From contig JBHPGR010000006.1 in the NCBI GenBank assembly GCA_042570405.1, positions 1 to 61,708 on the forward strand: a DNA stretch of 61,708 bases. The letters are read 5' to 3'. Source of the DNA: Candidatus Omnitrophota bacterium. Lineage in GTDB: Bacteria > Omnitrophota > Gorgyraeia > Gygaellales > Profunditerraquicolaceae. The notes below the pieces were generated by a model. It was not told the DNA's origin. It worked only from the letters and a program-made list of their open reading frames with translations, and made no database searches. The number at the start of each line of letters is the position of its first letter. Position 1 is the first letter of the stretch. Both the position numbers and the translations under genes were made by a program. Below, piece after piece: positions 31,031 through 40,701 of the stretch.

Positions 31031-31342
31031 ATGGCTGATGAGAAACTTTTGACCGTCAGGGATGCCGCTGCCGTCTTGGGCATCGCTGAAAAAGAGATCA
31101 TGGATCTGGCTGAAAATGGCTCTATCCCCGCGTATAAGATAGGCGGAGTATACCTGCGCTTCAAGCCTTCGCAGCTGGAACTTTATCAAAAGAGCATTAA
31201 CCCCGCAGCGCATAAAAGCAAGCCTGCGGATACAAGGAGCGCGGGTAGTAAGCTTTCCGACTTTTTGTATTTTAATGATTTTTATATCATAGCCGCAGCG
31301 GTGATCGTCCTGCTCTTTGTGATCATTTTTAGAGGGTCTTAG
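31031..31342 (+). CDS. Excisionase-like HTH protein with C-terminal transmembrane helix
   Basis: LLTVRDAA.VLG......G.IPAYKIGG..LRF; tail FYIIAAAVIVLLFVIIF. Confidence 0.78.
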   Translation: MADEKLLTVRDAAAVLGIAEKEIMDLAENGSIPAYKIGGVYLRFKPSQLELYQKSINPAAHKSKPADTRSAGSKLSDFLYFNDFYIIAAAVIVLLFVIIFRGS

Positions 31343-31345
31343 CAA

Positions 31346-32011
31346 GTGGAGAAGGTCGGAATCTGCGATCTGGGCTTTGCAAAGATAGACCTGGAGAGGC
31401 TCAGCAGGAGAGGATTCTCCGAGGCCATATATTGCACCGGAAAGAGCAGGGAACAGCTCAAAAAGATCTGTCTTGGGCTTTCTAAAAATGAACAGGATCT
31501 ACTGCTCACCAGGCTAGAGAAGAAGACTTACCGATACCTGAAGCGTTCCTTTAAGCAACTTAAATATAATCCTACCGCTAGGATCGGCTATACACATAAG
31601 CTTGAGAAGGGCCGGGGCAAAGGGTCAGTCTTGGTCGTCACTGCCGGTACATCTGATATGCCGGTAGCTGAAGAGGCGGCGGTGACGCTTAGATTGATGG
31701 GGAACAGGTGTGAGGTGCTCTGCGATGTGGGCGTTGCCGGAGTACACCGGTTGATGCGAAACCTTAAAACCCTGAAAAAAGCGAAGGTGATCGTCGTAGT
31801 CGCCGGTATGGAGGCAGCGCTGGCAAGCCTGGTAAGCGGGCTGGTGAAATGTCCGGTGATCGCGGTACCGACAAGTTGCGGTTACGGGGCAAGTTTTAAA
31901 GGCCTGGCAGCATTGTTGGCGATGCTCAACAGCTGTTCTCCGGGTGTTGTAGTGGTAAATATTGACAATGGTTTTGGTGCGGGATATTTTGCGGGCCTGA
32001 TAAATAAATGA
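31346..32011 (+). CDS. larB: Nickel-pincer cofactor biosynthesis protein LarB-like
   Basis: D..R..R.G..E.IY..GK, AGTSD.PVAEEA, DVGVAG.HRL, AVPTS.GYG, VNIDNGFGAG. Confidence 0.9.
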   Translation: MEKVGICDLGFAKIDLERLSRRGFSEAIYCTGKSREQLKKICLGLSKNEQDLLLTRLEKKTYRYLKRSFKQLKYNPTARIGYTHKLEKGRGKGSVLVVTAGTSDMPVAEEAAVTLRLMGNRCEVLCDVGVAGVHRLMRNLKTLKKAKVIVVVAGMEAALASLVSGLVKCPVIAVPTSCGYGASFKGLAALLAMLNSCSPGVVVVNIDNGFGAGYFAGLINK

Positions 32012-32039
32012 TAAGTCGTAAGTAGTAAGTCGTAAGTAA
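32012..32039 (+). repeat. Heptamer tandem repeat, TAAGT(C/A)(G/A) x4
   Basis: TAAGTCG TAAGTAG TAAGTCG TAAGTAA. Confidence 0.85.
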
Positions 32040-32461
32040 TGAGTAAAAATAGAGTAACTTTAGAAGAGGCGGAAAAATTTCACGGTCATTTAGGCCCGTA
32101 TTTAATATTAGGCATTATAGCAGGTGATATAGCTTTAAATAACCTTAGATGTAAGAAGTACTTTGGTTTAGAGGTTAAGGTTTGGGGTGTTAATAGAAAA
32201 CCCAAGTCTTGTTTAGTAGATGGCCTACAGTTATCTACAGGTGCGACTTATGGTAAAGGAAATATTATTAAATTAAATAGCCCTATGATTAAAATAGAAT
32301 TTACTAATTGTAAAAATCGAAAAAAAATCGTCCTAAGATGCAAGGGTGATCTTATGAAAAAGTTAGAATCAACAAAAAACCACAGAGATTGCGAATCATT
32401 AGCAAGAAGATTGTATAGTACAGATTGCGGCAAGCTTTTTAACTTGCAACTTACTACTTAA
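32039..32461 (+). CDS. FmdE family protein
   Basis: FHGHLGP...G, SC.VDG.Q..TGAT.GKGN; visibly AT-rich. Confidence 0.85.
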   Translation: MSKNRVTLEEAEKFHGHLGPYLILGIIAGDIALNNLRCKKYFGLEVKVWGVNRKPKSCLVDGLQLSTGATYGKGNIIKLNSPMIKIEFTNCKNRKKIVLRCKGDLMKKLESTKNHRDCESLARRLYSTDCGKLFNLQLTT

Positions 32462-32476
32462 AACTTACGACTAAAG
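32442..32476 (-). repeat. Degenerate heptamer repeat, inverted relative to 32012-32039
   Basis: ACTTGCA ACTTACT ACTTAAA ACTTACG ACTAAAG; reverse complement gives (A/C)GTAAGT units. Confidence 0.75.
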
Positions 32477-33805
32477 ATGGCGCTATCAGGATTAGATATC
32501 TATAAGCTATTGCCCAAGACTAACTGCAAGGAGTGCGGATTTGCTACGTGTCTGGCCTTTGCCATGCAGATCGCAAAGAAAGCCGCAAGCCTGGATAAGT
32601 GCCCTCACTTGACAGAAGAGGCCAAGTCAAAACTTGAAGAATCAAGTCAACCCCCGATAAAATTGATTACTATCGGCGCGGGCGAGAATAAATTAGAGGT
32701 AGGTAACGAAACCGTCCTTTTCCGGCATGAAGAGAAGTTCCATCATCCATGCGGCATAGGTTTTATCATTGAATCGGACCAGGCAGAGCCCGTGATCAAA
32801 GAGAAACTCAATAAGATCGATCAGCTGAAATTTGAGCGCGTCGGGCAAGAGATCAGTGTCAACCTGGTAGCGATAAGGCAGAAGGGCACGCCCGAAGGCC
32901 TGCTTAAGGCGTTAAGAATAGCCCTTGAGAATACGCAGTTAGGGCTTATCTTGATGACGGATGACCCCGGGGCTTTAAAGAGCTGCCTTGAGATCTCAAA
33001 GGAACGTAGGCCTTTGATCTACCGGGCAACAAAGGAAAATGCTGCGTCGTTTTCAAAGTTGGCCGCGGAATTCAAGTCTGCGCTTGTAGTCAGCGCAGAG
33101 GAGATCGAAGGACTTTCTGCACTGACTAAAGAAGCGAATAACCAGGGCGCGCAGGAATTAATCCTGGATACCGGGGAGAAGGGCGTGGCGGAAAAATTAT
33201 GGGATTTTACCCGGATCAGGAGACGTGCATTAAAGAAGTCTGACCGCAGCTTAGGGTATCCGGTTTTGGCGGTGATCGAGAAAGATGACCCCTTTGAAGA
33301 GGCGATGGAGGCAGCTACATTTATCTGTAAATATGCCGGAATCGTGCTGATGAAGAGCATAGAATCATGGCAGGCCTTATCGTTACTGACTCTCAGGCAG
33401 AATATATACACTGATCCGCAGAAACCCCTGCAGATCGAGCCTAAGCTTTATGAAGTCGGACAGGTAAGCGCGGGATCCCCGCTTCTGGTGACCACTAATT
33501 TTTCCCTTACCTATTATACTGTCCTGGGAGAAGTCGAGGCAAGTAAGATCCCCTCCTACATCTTAAGCGTTGATACCGAGGGGATGTCTGTACTTACTGC
33601 CTGGGCAGCAGAGAAGTTTACACCGGAGAGCATCAGCAAGGCGATCACAAAGTTTGGGGTCAAAGATAAGATCTCGCACAAGAACATGGTCATCCCGGGT
33701 TATGTAGCTGTCTTAAGCGGCGACCTGGAAGAAAGCTCAGGACTTAAGGTTACCGTCGGCCCAAAAGAGGCTGCCGGCATCCCAAGTTTTTTGAGGAATC
33801 TTTAA
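32477..33805 (+). CDS. acsC: Corrinoid iron-sulfur protein large (gamma) subunit
   Basis: LPKTNCKECG..TC.AFA...CP, LRQNIYTDPQKP, TTNFSLTY, DTEG.SVLTAWAA. Confidence 0.95.
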   Translation: MALSGLDIYKLLPKTNCKECGFATCLAFAMQIAKKAASLDKCPHLTEEAKSKLEESSQPPIKLITIGAGENKLEVGNETVLFRHEEKFHHPCGIGFIIESDQAEPVIKEKLNKIDQLKFERVGQEISVNLVAIRQKGTPEGLLKALRIALENTQLGLILMTDDPGALKSCLEISKERRPLIYRATKENAASFSKLAAEFKSALVVSAEEIEGLSALTKEANNQGAQELILDTGEKGVAEKLWDFTRIRRRALKKSDRSLGYPVLAVIEKDDPFEEAMEAATFICKYAGIVLMKSIESWQALSLLTLRQNIYTDPQKPLQIEPKLYEVGQVSAGSPLLVTTNFSLTYYTVLGEVEASKIPSYILSVDTEGMSVLTAWAAEKFTPESISKAITKFGVKDKISHKNMVIPGYVAVLSGDLEESSGLKVTVGPKEAAGIPSFLRNL

Positions 33806-33809
33806 AGAT

Positions 33810-35738
33810 ATGGAAAAATTCAAAGTAAGGTTTTATCCGGAGGATAAGACTGTCGAGGTTCCTAAGGGCAAGACCATACTTCATGCCGCTATATCGGCGG
33901 GCGTTTATATCAATACCAGCTGCGGGGGTGACGGAGTCTGCGGAAGGTGCAAGGTGATCCTGAAGAAGGGGAACGTCAGCTCACAACCTACAGGAAGGAT
34001 CAGCGTCAAACAGAGGAAGCTCGGATATTACCTGGCATGTCTTACCACCGTCCAAAGCGACCTTGAGGTCGAAATACCCCCTGAATCAAGGCTCGAGCTT
34101 GAGAAACTTTCCGGTGAGGATCTGGACCTGAGATTAAAAGGACTTTATTCAGAGAGCGAGAATATAGAGCCTCCCAAATCAATACTCGGCGAGCAGTTCT
34201 TTGCGCATTCTCCGCTGGCCACAAAACTATACCTGGAGTTACCCAAACCATCCCTTGATGATAAGATCTCGGACCTCGAGAGGCTCTACCGGCAGATCAG
34301 GCGCAAACAGGATATCCCGATCATGCAAACAGGCCTTGCCAACATCAGAAGGCTGGGTGGACTCTTACGCTCCTCGGACTGGAAGGCCACAGTTACCCTG
34401 GGCAAAAGAAACGGGACGACCGAGATCGTACTGATCGAGCCGCACGATACCTCAGGAAGTAATTATGCTCTTTGTTTTGATGTCGGCACTACGACTATCT
34501 CCGGCCAACTGATCGACCTCAACGAAAAGAAGGTCCTTGGCACAAAGGTCACCTATAATAAACAGGCAAGCTACGGAAGCGACGTGATCACGCGGATCAT
34601 CTATGCCAGAGAGAAGGACGGCCTTGAGAAACTGCATCACGCCGTAATCGACGGCTTGAACCAGATGGTCCAGGATCTTGTGCGGGAGCATTCAATAGAC
34701 CTGATCAATGTCACCGCTGTCGTCTGCGCCGGTAATACCACTATGGTCCATCTCTTATTACGGGTAGATCCTGCCAATATCAGGAGGGAGCCATATGTGC
34801 CTACGGCTAATTTCGTACCGACGGTACGCGCCGCAGAATCCGGCTTGAGAGTAAACCCGAGAGGCCTCCTCTACTGCGTTCCGGGCGTTGCCAGCTATAT
34901 AGGAGGAGATATTACTGCCGGGGTCCTCGCCTGCGGGATCGATTCTGCCGAGGACTTAAGCCTTTTGATCGATATCGGGACTAACGGAGAGATCGTCTTA
35001 GGAAGCAAGGATTTTCTGATCTCGGCGGCTGCATCCGCCGGTTCGGCATTTGAGGGGAGCGGGATGACGTCCGGAATTCGGGCCACAAAAGGGGCGATGC
35101 AAAAGATCAAGATCACGGCAAAGACTCTTGATGTAGCTTTTGAGACGATCGGAGGGAGCAAGCCGCTTGGCATATGCGGTTCAGGGTATATTGATCTGTT
35201 GGCAGAATTGCTTTCCTGCGGCGTGGTCGATAAAGACGGAAAGATAAAACCGCTGGAGAATAAACGTATCCGCAGCGGCGAATCGGGCCGCGAATTTGTG
35301 ATCGCTTTTAAAAAAGATGCCGATGCCAGCCAGGATATTGTGATCAGTGAGCCGGATATCGAAAACCTGAAGCGGGCAAAGGCTGCGATCTATTCTGCCG
35401 GTGCAACCTTGATCAAGCACATGGGACTTGAATTTTCCGGGATCTGTAAAGTATTTATCGGGGGCGGCTTTGGCACGTATATTAATATAGAGAATGCCGT
35501 AAGGATCGGGCTGCTGCCGGATATCGATAGGTCCCGGTTTGTTTTTGTGGGAAACTGCTCTTTGACGGGAGCGCGGCATATACTGCTTTCATATGAGGCG
35601 ATGAAGAAAGCGGAAGAGATCGCAAAGAAGACTACCTGTTTTGAGCTATCGGTCGATGCCGGATACATGGATGAATACATGGCAGCGATGTTCTTTCCGC
35701 ATACGGATTTGCAAAGATTCCCTAGCGTGAGAATATAA
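33810..35738 (+). CDS. acsV: Reductive activator of corrinoid protein (RACo/AcsV): 2Fe-2S plus ASKHA ATPase
   Basis: CGG.G.CG.C ferredoxin, DVGTTT, DIGTNGE, AFEG, GICGSG, FFPHTD. Confidence 0.9.
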   Translation: MEKFKVRFYPEDKTVEVPKGKTILHAAISAGVYINTSCGGDGVCGRCKVILKKGNVSSQPTGRISVKQRKLGYYLACLTTVQSDLEVEIPPESRLELEKLSGEDLDLRLKGLYSESENIEPPKSILGEQFFAHSPLATKLYLELPKPSLDDKISDLERLYRQIRRKQDIPIMQTGLANIRRLGGLLRSSDWKATVTLGKRNGTTEIVLIEPHDTSGSNYALCFDVGTTTISGQLIDLNEKKVLGTKVTYNKQASYGSDVITRIIYAREKDGLEKLHHAVIDGLNQMVQDLVREHSIDLINVTAVVCAGNTTMVHLLLRVDPANIRREPYVPTANFVPTVRAAESGLRVNPRGLLYCVPGVASYIGGDITAGVLACGIDSAEDLSLLIDIGTNGEIVLGSKDFLISAAASAGSAFEGSGMTSGIRATKGAMQKIKITAKTLDVAFETIGGSKPLGICGSGYIDLLAELLSCGVVDKDGKIKPLENKRIRSGESGREFVIAFKKDADASQDIVISEPDIENLKRAKAAIYSAGATLIKHMGLEFSGICKVFIGGGFGTYINIENAVRIGLLPDIDRSRFVFVGNCSLTGARHILLSYEAMKKAEEIAKKTTCFELSVDAGYMDEYMAAMFFPHTDLQRFPSVRI

Positions 35739-35752
35739 TTACCCTATACTCT

Positions 35753-36508
35753 ATGGGTTACATAATCGCACTAGCTGGTAAAGGAGGGACAGGCAAGACC
35801 ACGGTCGCCTGCCTCCTGATCAGGCTGTTGAAAGATAAAAGGGCTGGTTCGATCCTGGCGATCGATGCCGATCCAAACAGTAATCTCGCTGAGGCTGCCG
35901 GAGTGGCTGCATCGGACTCGGTGGGTTCTATTCTTGAGGAGATCTCGAAGGACCCAAAGTCGATCCCTGCCGGGGTTTCAAAGGACAGCTTTATCAATTA
36001 TCAGGTACAGACAGCGATCAGCGAAGGTGAGGGATTTGACCTGCTTACCATGGGCAGGTCCGAAGGCCCCGGCTGCTATTGCTACGTTAATAATGTGCTC
36101 CGGGGGATCATTGAGCGGACGACCAAGGACTACGATTACATAGTCATAGACAATGAAGCTGGCCTTGAGCATCTCTCGCGCCGCACCATGCGAAGAGCAG
36201 ATGCTTTATTGATAGTTTCGGATCCCAGCAGGATAGGCCTCAAATCCGCACAGCGCATTGATGCCCTGGCAAAAGAGCTTGAATTCAAGGTGGCAAAGCG
36301 CCTGCTGATCACAAACCGTGCTGATCAGCGGATCAAGGATGAGCTGCTTAAGGAGTTGGGATTAGATCTGCAATATCTGGGGAATATCCCTGAAGACCAT
36401 TATATAGGTAAGATCAGTCTTAACGGCGCCTCCCTGATGGAACTGGATAGGGGGAGTAAGGCCCTACAGGCGTTAGAAGAGATCGGAGGCAGGATTTGGC
36501 AAGCTTGA
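35753..36508 (+). CDS. cooC: CooC/AcsF-type nickel-insertion ATPase
   Basis: GKGGTGKT, DADPN, EGPGCYC, DNEAGLEHLSR. Confidence 0.9.
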   Translation: MGYIIALAGKGGTGKTTVACLLIRLLKDKRAGSILAIDADPNSNLAEAAGVAASDSVGSILEEISKDPKSIPAGVSKDSFINYQVQTAISEGEGFDLLTMGRSEGPGCYCYVNNVLRGIIERTTKDYDYIVIDNEAGLEHLSRRTMRRADALLIVSDPSRIGLKSAQRIDALAKELEFKVAKRLLITNRADQRIKDELLKELGLDLQYLGNIPEDHYIGKISLNGASLMELDRGSKALQALEEIGGRIWQA

Positions 36509-37443
36509 TCAACACAATAACTATAGGGGCGACAAAGGAGGAGGGGGGTACCCGTTCAAGCGTGATCAAGGCGGGTGGCCAGAATACCCTGCCCCTCTTA
36601 TTCAGCGATGGCTCAATCCCCAATCAACCGACAGTCGCCTTTGAGATCTGGGATATCGCGCCCAATGACTGGCCCGAAGAGCTGGTTAAGTCATATAGCA
36701 GCGTTTTAAAGGACCCGCTATCCTGGGCGAAGATGTGCGTAAATGATTATAAAGCCCGGGCAATATGTATAAGGCTAAAGGGCGCGCATCCTGAATTCGG
36801 CAATAAAGGCGCTGACGAAGAGGCCAGGCTGATCTCTGAGCTGTTGAAGAATGTAAGCGTACCATTGATCATTCTGGGGTGCGGTGACGATGAAAAGGAT
36901 AACCAGGTCCTGCCTGCCTGCTGCCAGGCCGCAAAGGGCGAGCGCTGCCTGATCGGAGAGGCGGTCCAGGATAATTATAAGACGATCGCCGCAGCGGTCC
37001 TGGCTGACGGCCATAATATCATCGCGCAATCACCGATCGATATCAATATCGCCAAACAGCTGAATATCCTGATCTCTGATATGGGGATGCCTTTGGAGCG
37101 CATCGTGATCAATCCAACGATAGGTGCATTAGGTTACGGCCTTGAGTATGCCTATTCGATAATGGAGCGGGCAAGGCTGGCCGCACTTGCCGGAGATAAG
37201 ACTATGGCATTGCCCTTCTTCTGCTTGGTCGGACAGGAGAGCTGGAGGGCAAAGGAGGCAAAGGCTAAGCTTGAGGAGTTCCCGGCATGGGGCCCGCAGG
37301 CAGAGCGCGGAGTGATCTGGGAGGCGATAACCGCAACCGCCCTGATCCAGGCAGGTGCGGATATCCTGGTGATGCGCCACCCCAAGGCAGTAGAGAAAGT
37401 CAACGGGTACATAGAAGGCCTGTATGAAAATCGTAAGCACTAA
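36496..37443 (+). CDS. acsD: Corrinoid iron-sulfur protein small (delta) subunit
   Basis: SPIDINIAKQLN, LGYGLEY.YS.MER.RLAAL.GD, MRHP; TTG start. Confidence 0.94.
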   Translation: MASLINTITIGATKEEGGTRSSVIKAGGQNTLPLLFSDGSIPNQPTVAFEIWDIAPNDWPEELVKSYSSVLKDPLSWAKMCVNDYKARAICIRLKGAHPEFGNKGADEEARLISELLKNVSVPLIILGCGDDEKDNQVLPACCQAAKGERCLIGEAVQDNYKTIAAAVLADGHNIIAQSPIDINIAKQLNILISDMGMPLERIVINPTIGALGYGLEYAYSIMERARLAALAGDKTMALPFFCLVGQESWRAKEAKAKLEEFPAWGPQAERGVIWEAITATALIQAGADILVMRHPKAVEKVNGYIEGLYENRKH

Positions 37444-37483
37444 ATCCCAAACTTTAGAATTTTTAAGCTAGAGGAGCTTAATC

Positions 37484-38272
37484 ATGTTTATTATAGGCGA
37501 GTTGATCAACGGGATGTATACTGATATAGGAATTGCGATCAAGGAGAAAGATAAGTCAGTGATCCAGAAGCGCGCGGTCGAACAGGTCAAGGCGGGCGCT
37601 GATGCGCTTGATGTTAATTGCGGGCCGGCGTCAAAGGATCACGAAAACGATATCCAGTGGTTGGTCGAAACCATACAGGAGGTCTGCGATAAACCACTCG
37701 CCCTTGATTCCAGTAAGCCAAAGGTGATCGAGTCCGGGTTAAGGGTAGTAAAGAACAAGGCGATAATCAACTCTACTACAGCGGATCCGGAGAAGCTTGC
37801 AGTACTGATCGGGCTTGCTAAGCAATATAACGCCAGACTGATCGGGATCACGATCAGCGCAAAGGGGATCCCCCAGAACAAGGACCAGAGGCTTGAGCTG
37901 GCAGCAAGTATAGTGGCCGCCTGCGTTGAGCAGGAGTTTCCGGTCGAGGATCTTTATCTGGACCCGATCGTCCTTCCGGTAAATGTAGCACAGGCGCAGA
38001 TGCCTGATATCCTTGAAGCAATACGGGAATTTAAGATCATCTCTGACCCCTCACCTAAAACCATAGTCGGCTTAAGTAATGTTTCGCAGGGGACTTGCGA
38101 GCGGCCGATCATCAACAGGACATTCCTTACTATGGCTCTTGCCTACGGCCTTGACGCAGCGATCCTTGATCCTCTGGATCGGGAGTTAGTCGATGCCGCT
38201 ATCACCGCGGAGCTTGTCTTAAACAAGCACATCTACTGCGACTCATTCTTAGATGCCTACAGGAAGAAATAG
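37484..38272 (+). CDS. acsE: Methyl-THF:corrinoid iron-sulfur protein methyltransferase
   Basis: IIGE.ING, LDVN.GP, INST, GLSNVS, GLDAAI.D, YCDSFL; position in acs cluster. Confidence 0.92.
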   Translation: MFIIGELINGMYTDIGIAIKEKDKSVIQKRAVEQVKAGADALDVNCGPASKDHENDIQWLVETIQEVCDKPLALDSSKPKVIESGLRVVKNKAIINSTTADPEKLAVLIGLAKQYNARLIGITISAKGIPQNKDQRLELAASIVAACVEQEFPVEDLYLDPIVLPVNVAQAQMPDILEAIREFKIISDPSPKTIVGLSNVSQGTCERPIINRTFLTMALAYGLDAAILDPLDRELVDAAITAELVLNKHIYCDSFLDAYRKK

Positions 38273-38321
38273 GGTGATGCGCAGTAGGGTATATCCTTTT
38301 TGCAAGGAGGTTGATGAAATA

Positions 38322-38705
38322 ATGAAGAGATATGTGTTGGGATTGATGTTTCTTTGCGCGGGCTTCTCGGTTTGCTTCGCGCAGGTAACCGCTGGCTCGA
38401 TCCAGAGGAGCGAGAAGTTGATAGAGAAGGAGAAGGAGTTAAGGCAGAAGGTCGAGGTCCCGAGCAAGGTCTTTCCGATAAAATTCATGGTAGAGGGGGT
38501 ATCATTGCTTACCGCTGAAGAGATCGTGGGAGTCGCCTCTGCCTATAGAAATAGATGGCTTGGTGAGAAGGAGGTAAACGAACTATTTGACCTGATCCGG
38601 AAGGCCTATGAGGAGAAGGGGTTCAGCGGGCAACCGCAAGAGATCTCCTATAGGATGAGGAGCAAATATTTTATGGTGATCATCGTAGAAGAGGGTAAGG
38701 ATTAA
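38322..38705 (+). CDS. Small exported stand-alone POTRA-like protein
   Basis: Start moved to MKRYV (AGGAGG); signal peptide; V.G.SLL...I.......L......D....AY..KG aligns with POTRA1 of the downstream TpsB. Confidence 0.7.
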   Translation: MKRYVLGLMFLCAGFSVCFAQVTAGSIQRSEKLIEKEKELRQKVEVPSKVFPIKFMVEGVSLLTAEEIVGVASAYRNRWLGEKEVNELFDLIRKAYEEKGFSGQPQEISYRMRSKYFMVIIVEEGKD

Positions 38706-38870
38706 CGTTTGACAGATTCGGCGACAAGCCCCAATGCTTGGCCTTGGAAATCCAGAGCCGTAAGCCTGAAGGGCTGAATAGGCTTGTCGCTCTCACTGTC
38801 AACACTGAGTATATCCAGAATAAATCCAGAAAACATACCATGATGGCAAGTTTCGGGGAATACGAATGTG

Positions 38871-38899
38871 TTGACAAGCCAGGGTGTTTATACTAAAAT
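38871..38899 (+). promoter_or_regulatory. Sigma-70 promoter of tpsB
   Basis: TTGACA-17 nt-TAAAAT. Confidence 0.7.
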
Positions 38900-38935
38900 G
38901 CTTTATAAAGTCACTAACTTAAAGGGGTGCTAAAA

Positions 38936-40636
38936 ATGAAGAAAATCGGAATTATTTTTTTGGCGGCTATGTTTTTCGCTTCAGCATACATGCCGCTATA
39001 CGCAGAGGAAGTGGAGCAGCTGGAGAAGATCGACAAGGATATCCAGCGCGACAAGACACTGATAGAGCGGATCTTCCGAAAGAAGGAGAAACCTGCGGTT
39101 GAAGAAAAATTGCCGGAGGGCGTAGGCGCTGCGGTATCCGGTGAAACCGTATTGGTGAAAAAGATCAATGTCACCGGTACCAGCTTGCTTGCGCAAAAAG
39201 ATATTGACGCCATAGTGGTGCCTTTCCAGAACAAGAATCTTACCTTAAGAGATATGCAGAAGGTCGCGGATCTGGTCACTGATGCATACCGCCAGAAGGG
39301 GTATGTCACTTCACGCGCATACCTTCCTCCGCAAAGAGTCAAAGGCGGGATATTAGAGATCAGCGTAGTAGAGGGTATTACCGGCTGTATCACGTTCAGG
39401 GGAAATAAGTATTTCGAGACCTCGCTATTAAGGAGGAAGATTAACCTTAATACGGGTGACCCCTTTGATTATGATGAACTGAGAAAAGGATTGACTAAGA
39501 TAAATGAGCAGCGGGACAGGTACGCAAAGACAGTGCTTGCTCCGGGATCCGAGCCGGGTACTACTGACATAATCATCGATGTGGAGGACCAGTTGCCGAT
39601 ACATCTCGGCCTGATTCTTGATAACTTCGGGTCCAGGTATATCGACCAGGAGCGCCTAAGGACCACACTCGTCCACAATAATCTATTCGGCCTGGATGAT
39701 GTCTTCACATTGCAGTACCAGGTAGCAGAGGGTGAGAACTACAGGTTGTTAATGGCCAGGTATCTTTTGCCTATACATGAATATCTGAAGGTCGGTTTTC
39801 TTGCCGCGCAATCAAAGTTAAAACTCGGGAAGGAATACGAAGCGCTTAATGCCAGGGGAAAGAGCGAGTACTACAGTATCTTTTTGATCCAGCATCTCTT
39901 TGACAGGGAAAATATTGACGCAAACCTGAACCTTGGCTTTGATTATAAGGATGTGTTTAATTTTCAAAACAATCTCGAGATCAGCCGTGACCGCCTGCGT
40001 ACCGCAAAGTTAAGTCTTGACTTCGATCTCACTGATGGTTTAGGCAGGACCATAATCGTAAACGAATGGAGTTACGGCATACACGGAATAATGGGAGGGC
40101 TTGAGGAAGTTGACGCCAAGGCCTCGCGCGCCGGTTCAGGCGGAAAGTTTTTTAAAGACAACTTAAGTATTTTAAGGCTGCAGAGAATGCCTTTTAATTC
40201 GACCCTTCTATGGAAGAACGAGTTTCAATTTACCCCATACATACTTACCGCTACCGAACAATTTCAAATCGGCGGCATCGTTAATGTAAGGGGATATCCC
40301 CCGGCTGAAGTTGTCGGAGATAAGGGGTATTCGATGACCTGGGAGTGGTCAATGCCTGTTTATCTTCTTCCCAAAGACGCCAAGGTCCCGTTTTCAAAAG
40401 CAATGTGGTATGATGCTTTAAGGATGATCCTCTTCTATGATTGGGCAAATGCAAATCTGCGCAGGCCGGCAGCAGGAGAAGAGGAGAGCACCACGCTTAG
40501 GTCTGCGGGTTGCGGTTTTCGTTTTAATCTACCCGAGGATTTTTCTTGCAGGATGGAATTTGCCTGGCCGCTGGACAGGACTCCCTCCGACGGAGACCAC
40601 ATGCATATGTGGTTTGAGGTGACTAAGACTTTTTAA
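38936..40636 (+). CDS. TpsB transporter (ShlB/FhaC/HecB family)
   Basis: Signal peptide, Y..KGYVTSRA.LPPQ..GG.L.I.V.EG POTRA, DNFGS, IGG...VRGY, terminal Phe. Confidence 0.93.
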   Translation: MKKIGIIFLAAMFFASAYMPLYAEEVEQLEKIDKDIQRDKTLIERIFRKKEKPAVEEKLPEGVGAAVSGETVLVKKINVTGTSLLAQKDIDAIVVPFQNKNLTLRDMQKVADLVTDAYRQKGYVTSRAYLPPQRVKGGILEISVVEGITGCITFRGNKYFETSLLRRKINLNTGDPFDYDELRKGLTKINEQRDRYAKTVLAPGSEPGTTDIIIDVEDQLPIHLGLILDNFGSRYIDQERLRTTLVHNNLFGLDDVFTLQYQVAEGENYRLLMARYLLPIHEYLKVGFLAAQSKLKLGKEYEALNARGKSEYYSIFLIQHLFDRENIDANLNLGFDYKDVFNFQNNLEISRDRLRTAKLSLDFDLTDGLGRTIIVNEWSYGIHGIMGGLEEVDAKASRAGSGGKFFKDNLSILRLQRMPFNSTLLWKNEFQFTPYILTATEQFQIGGIVNVRGYPPAEVVGDKGYSMTWEWSMPVYLLPKDAKVPFSKAMWYDALRMILFYDWANANLRRPAAGEEESTTLRSAGCGFRFNLPEDFSCRMEFAWPLDRTPSDGDHMHMWFEVTKTF

Positions 40637-40673
40637 GCCACTTTATAAAACCTCATTTTAAAAGATTTTTTAC

Positions 40674-40701
40674 TTGACAAACCTAGTTTTAGTGTTATAC
40701 T
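40674..40701 (+). promoter_or_regulatory. Sigma-70 promoter of tpsA
   Basis: TTGACA-16 nt-TATACT with TG extension. Confidence 0.65.

Noticed and set aside
30499-31342. Phage excisionase remnants
   Set aside because: Both HTHs are fused to non-phage domains inside a host operon with no integrase nearby.
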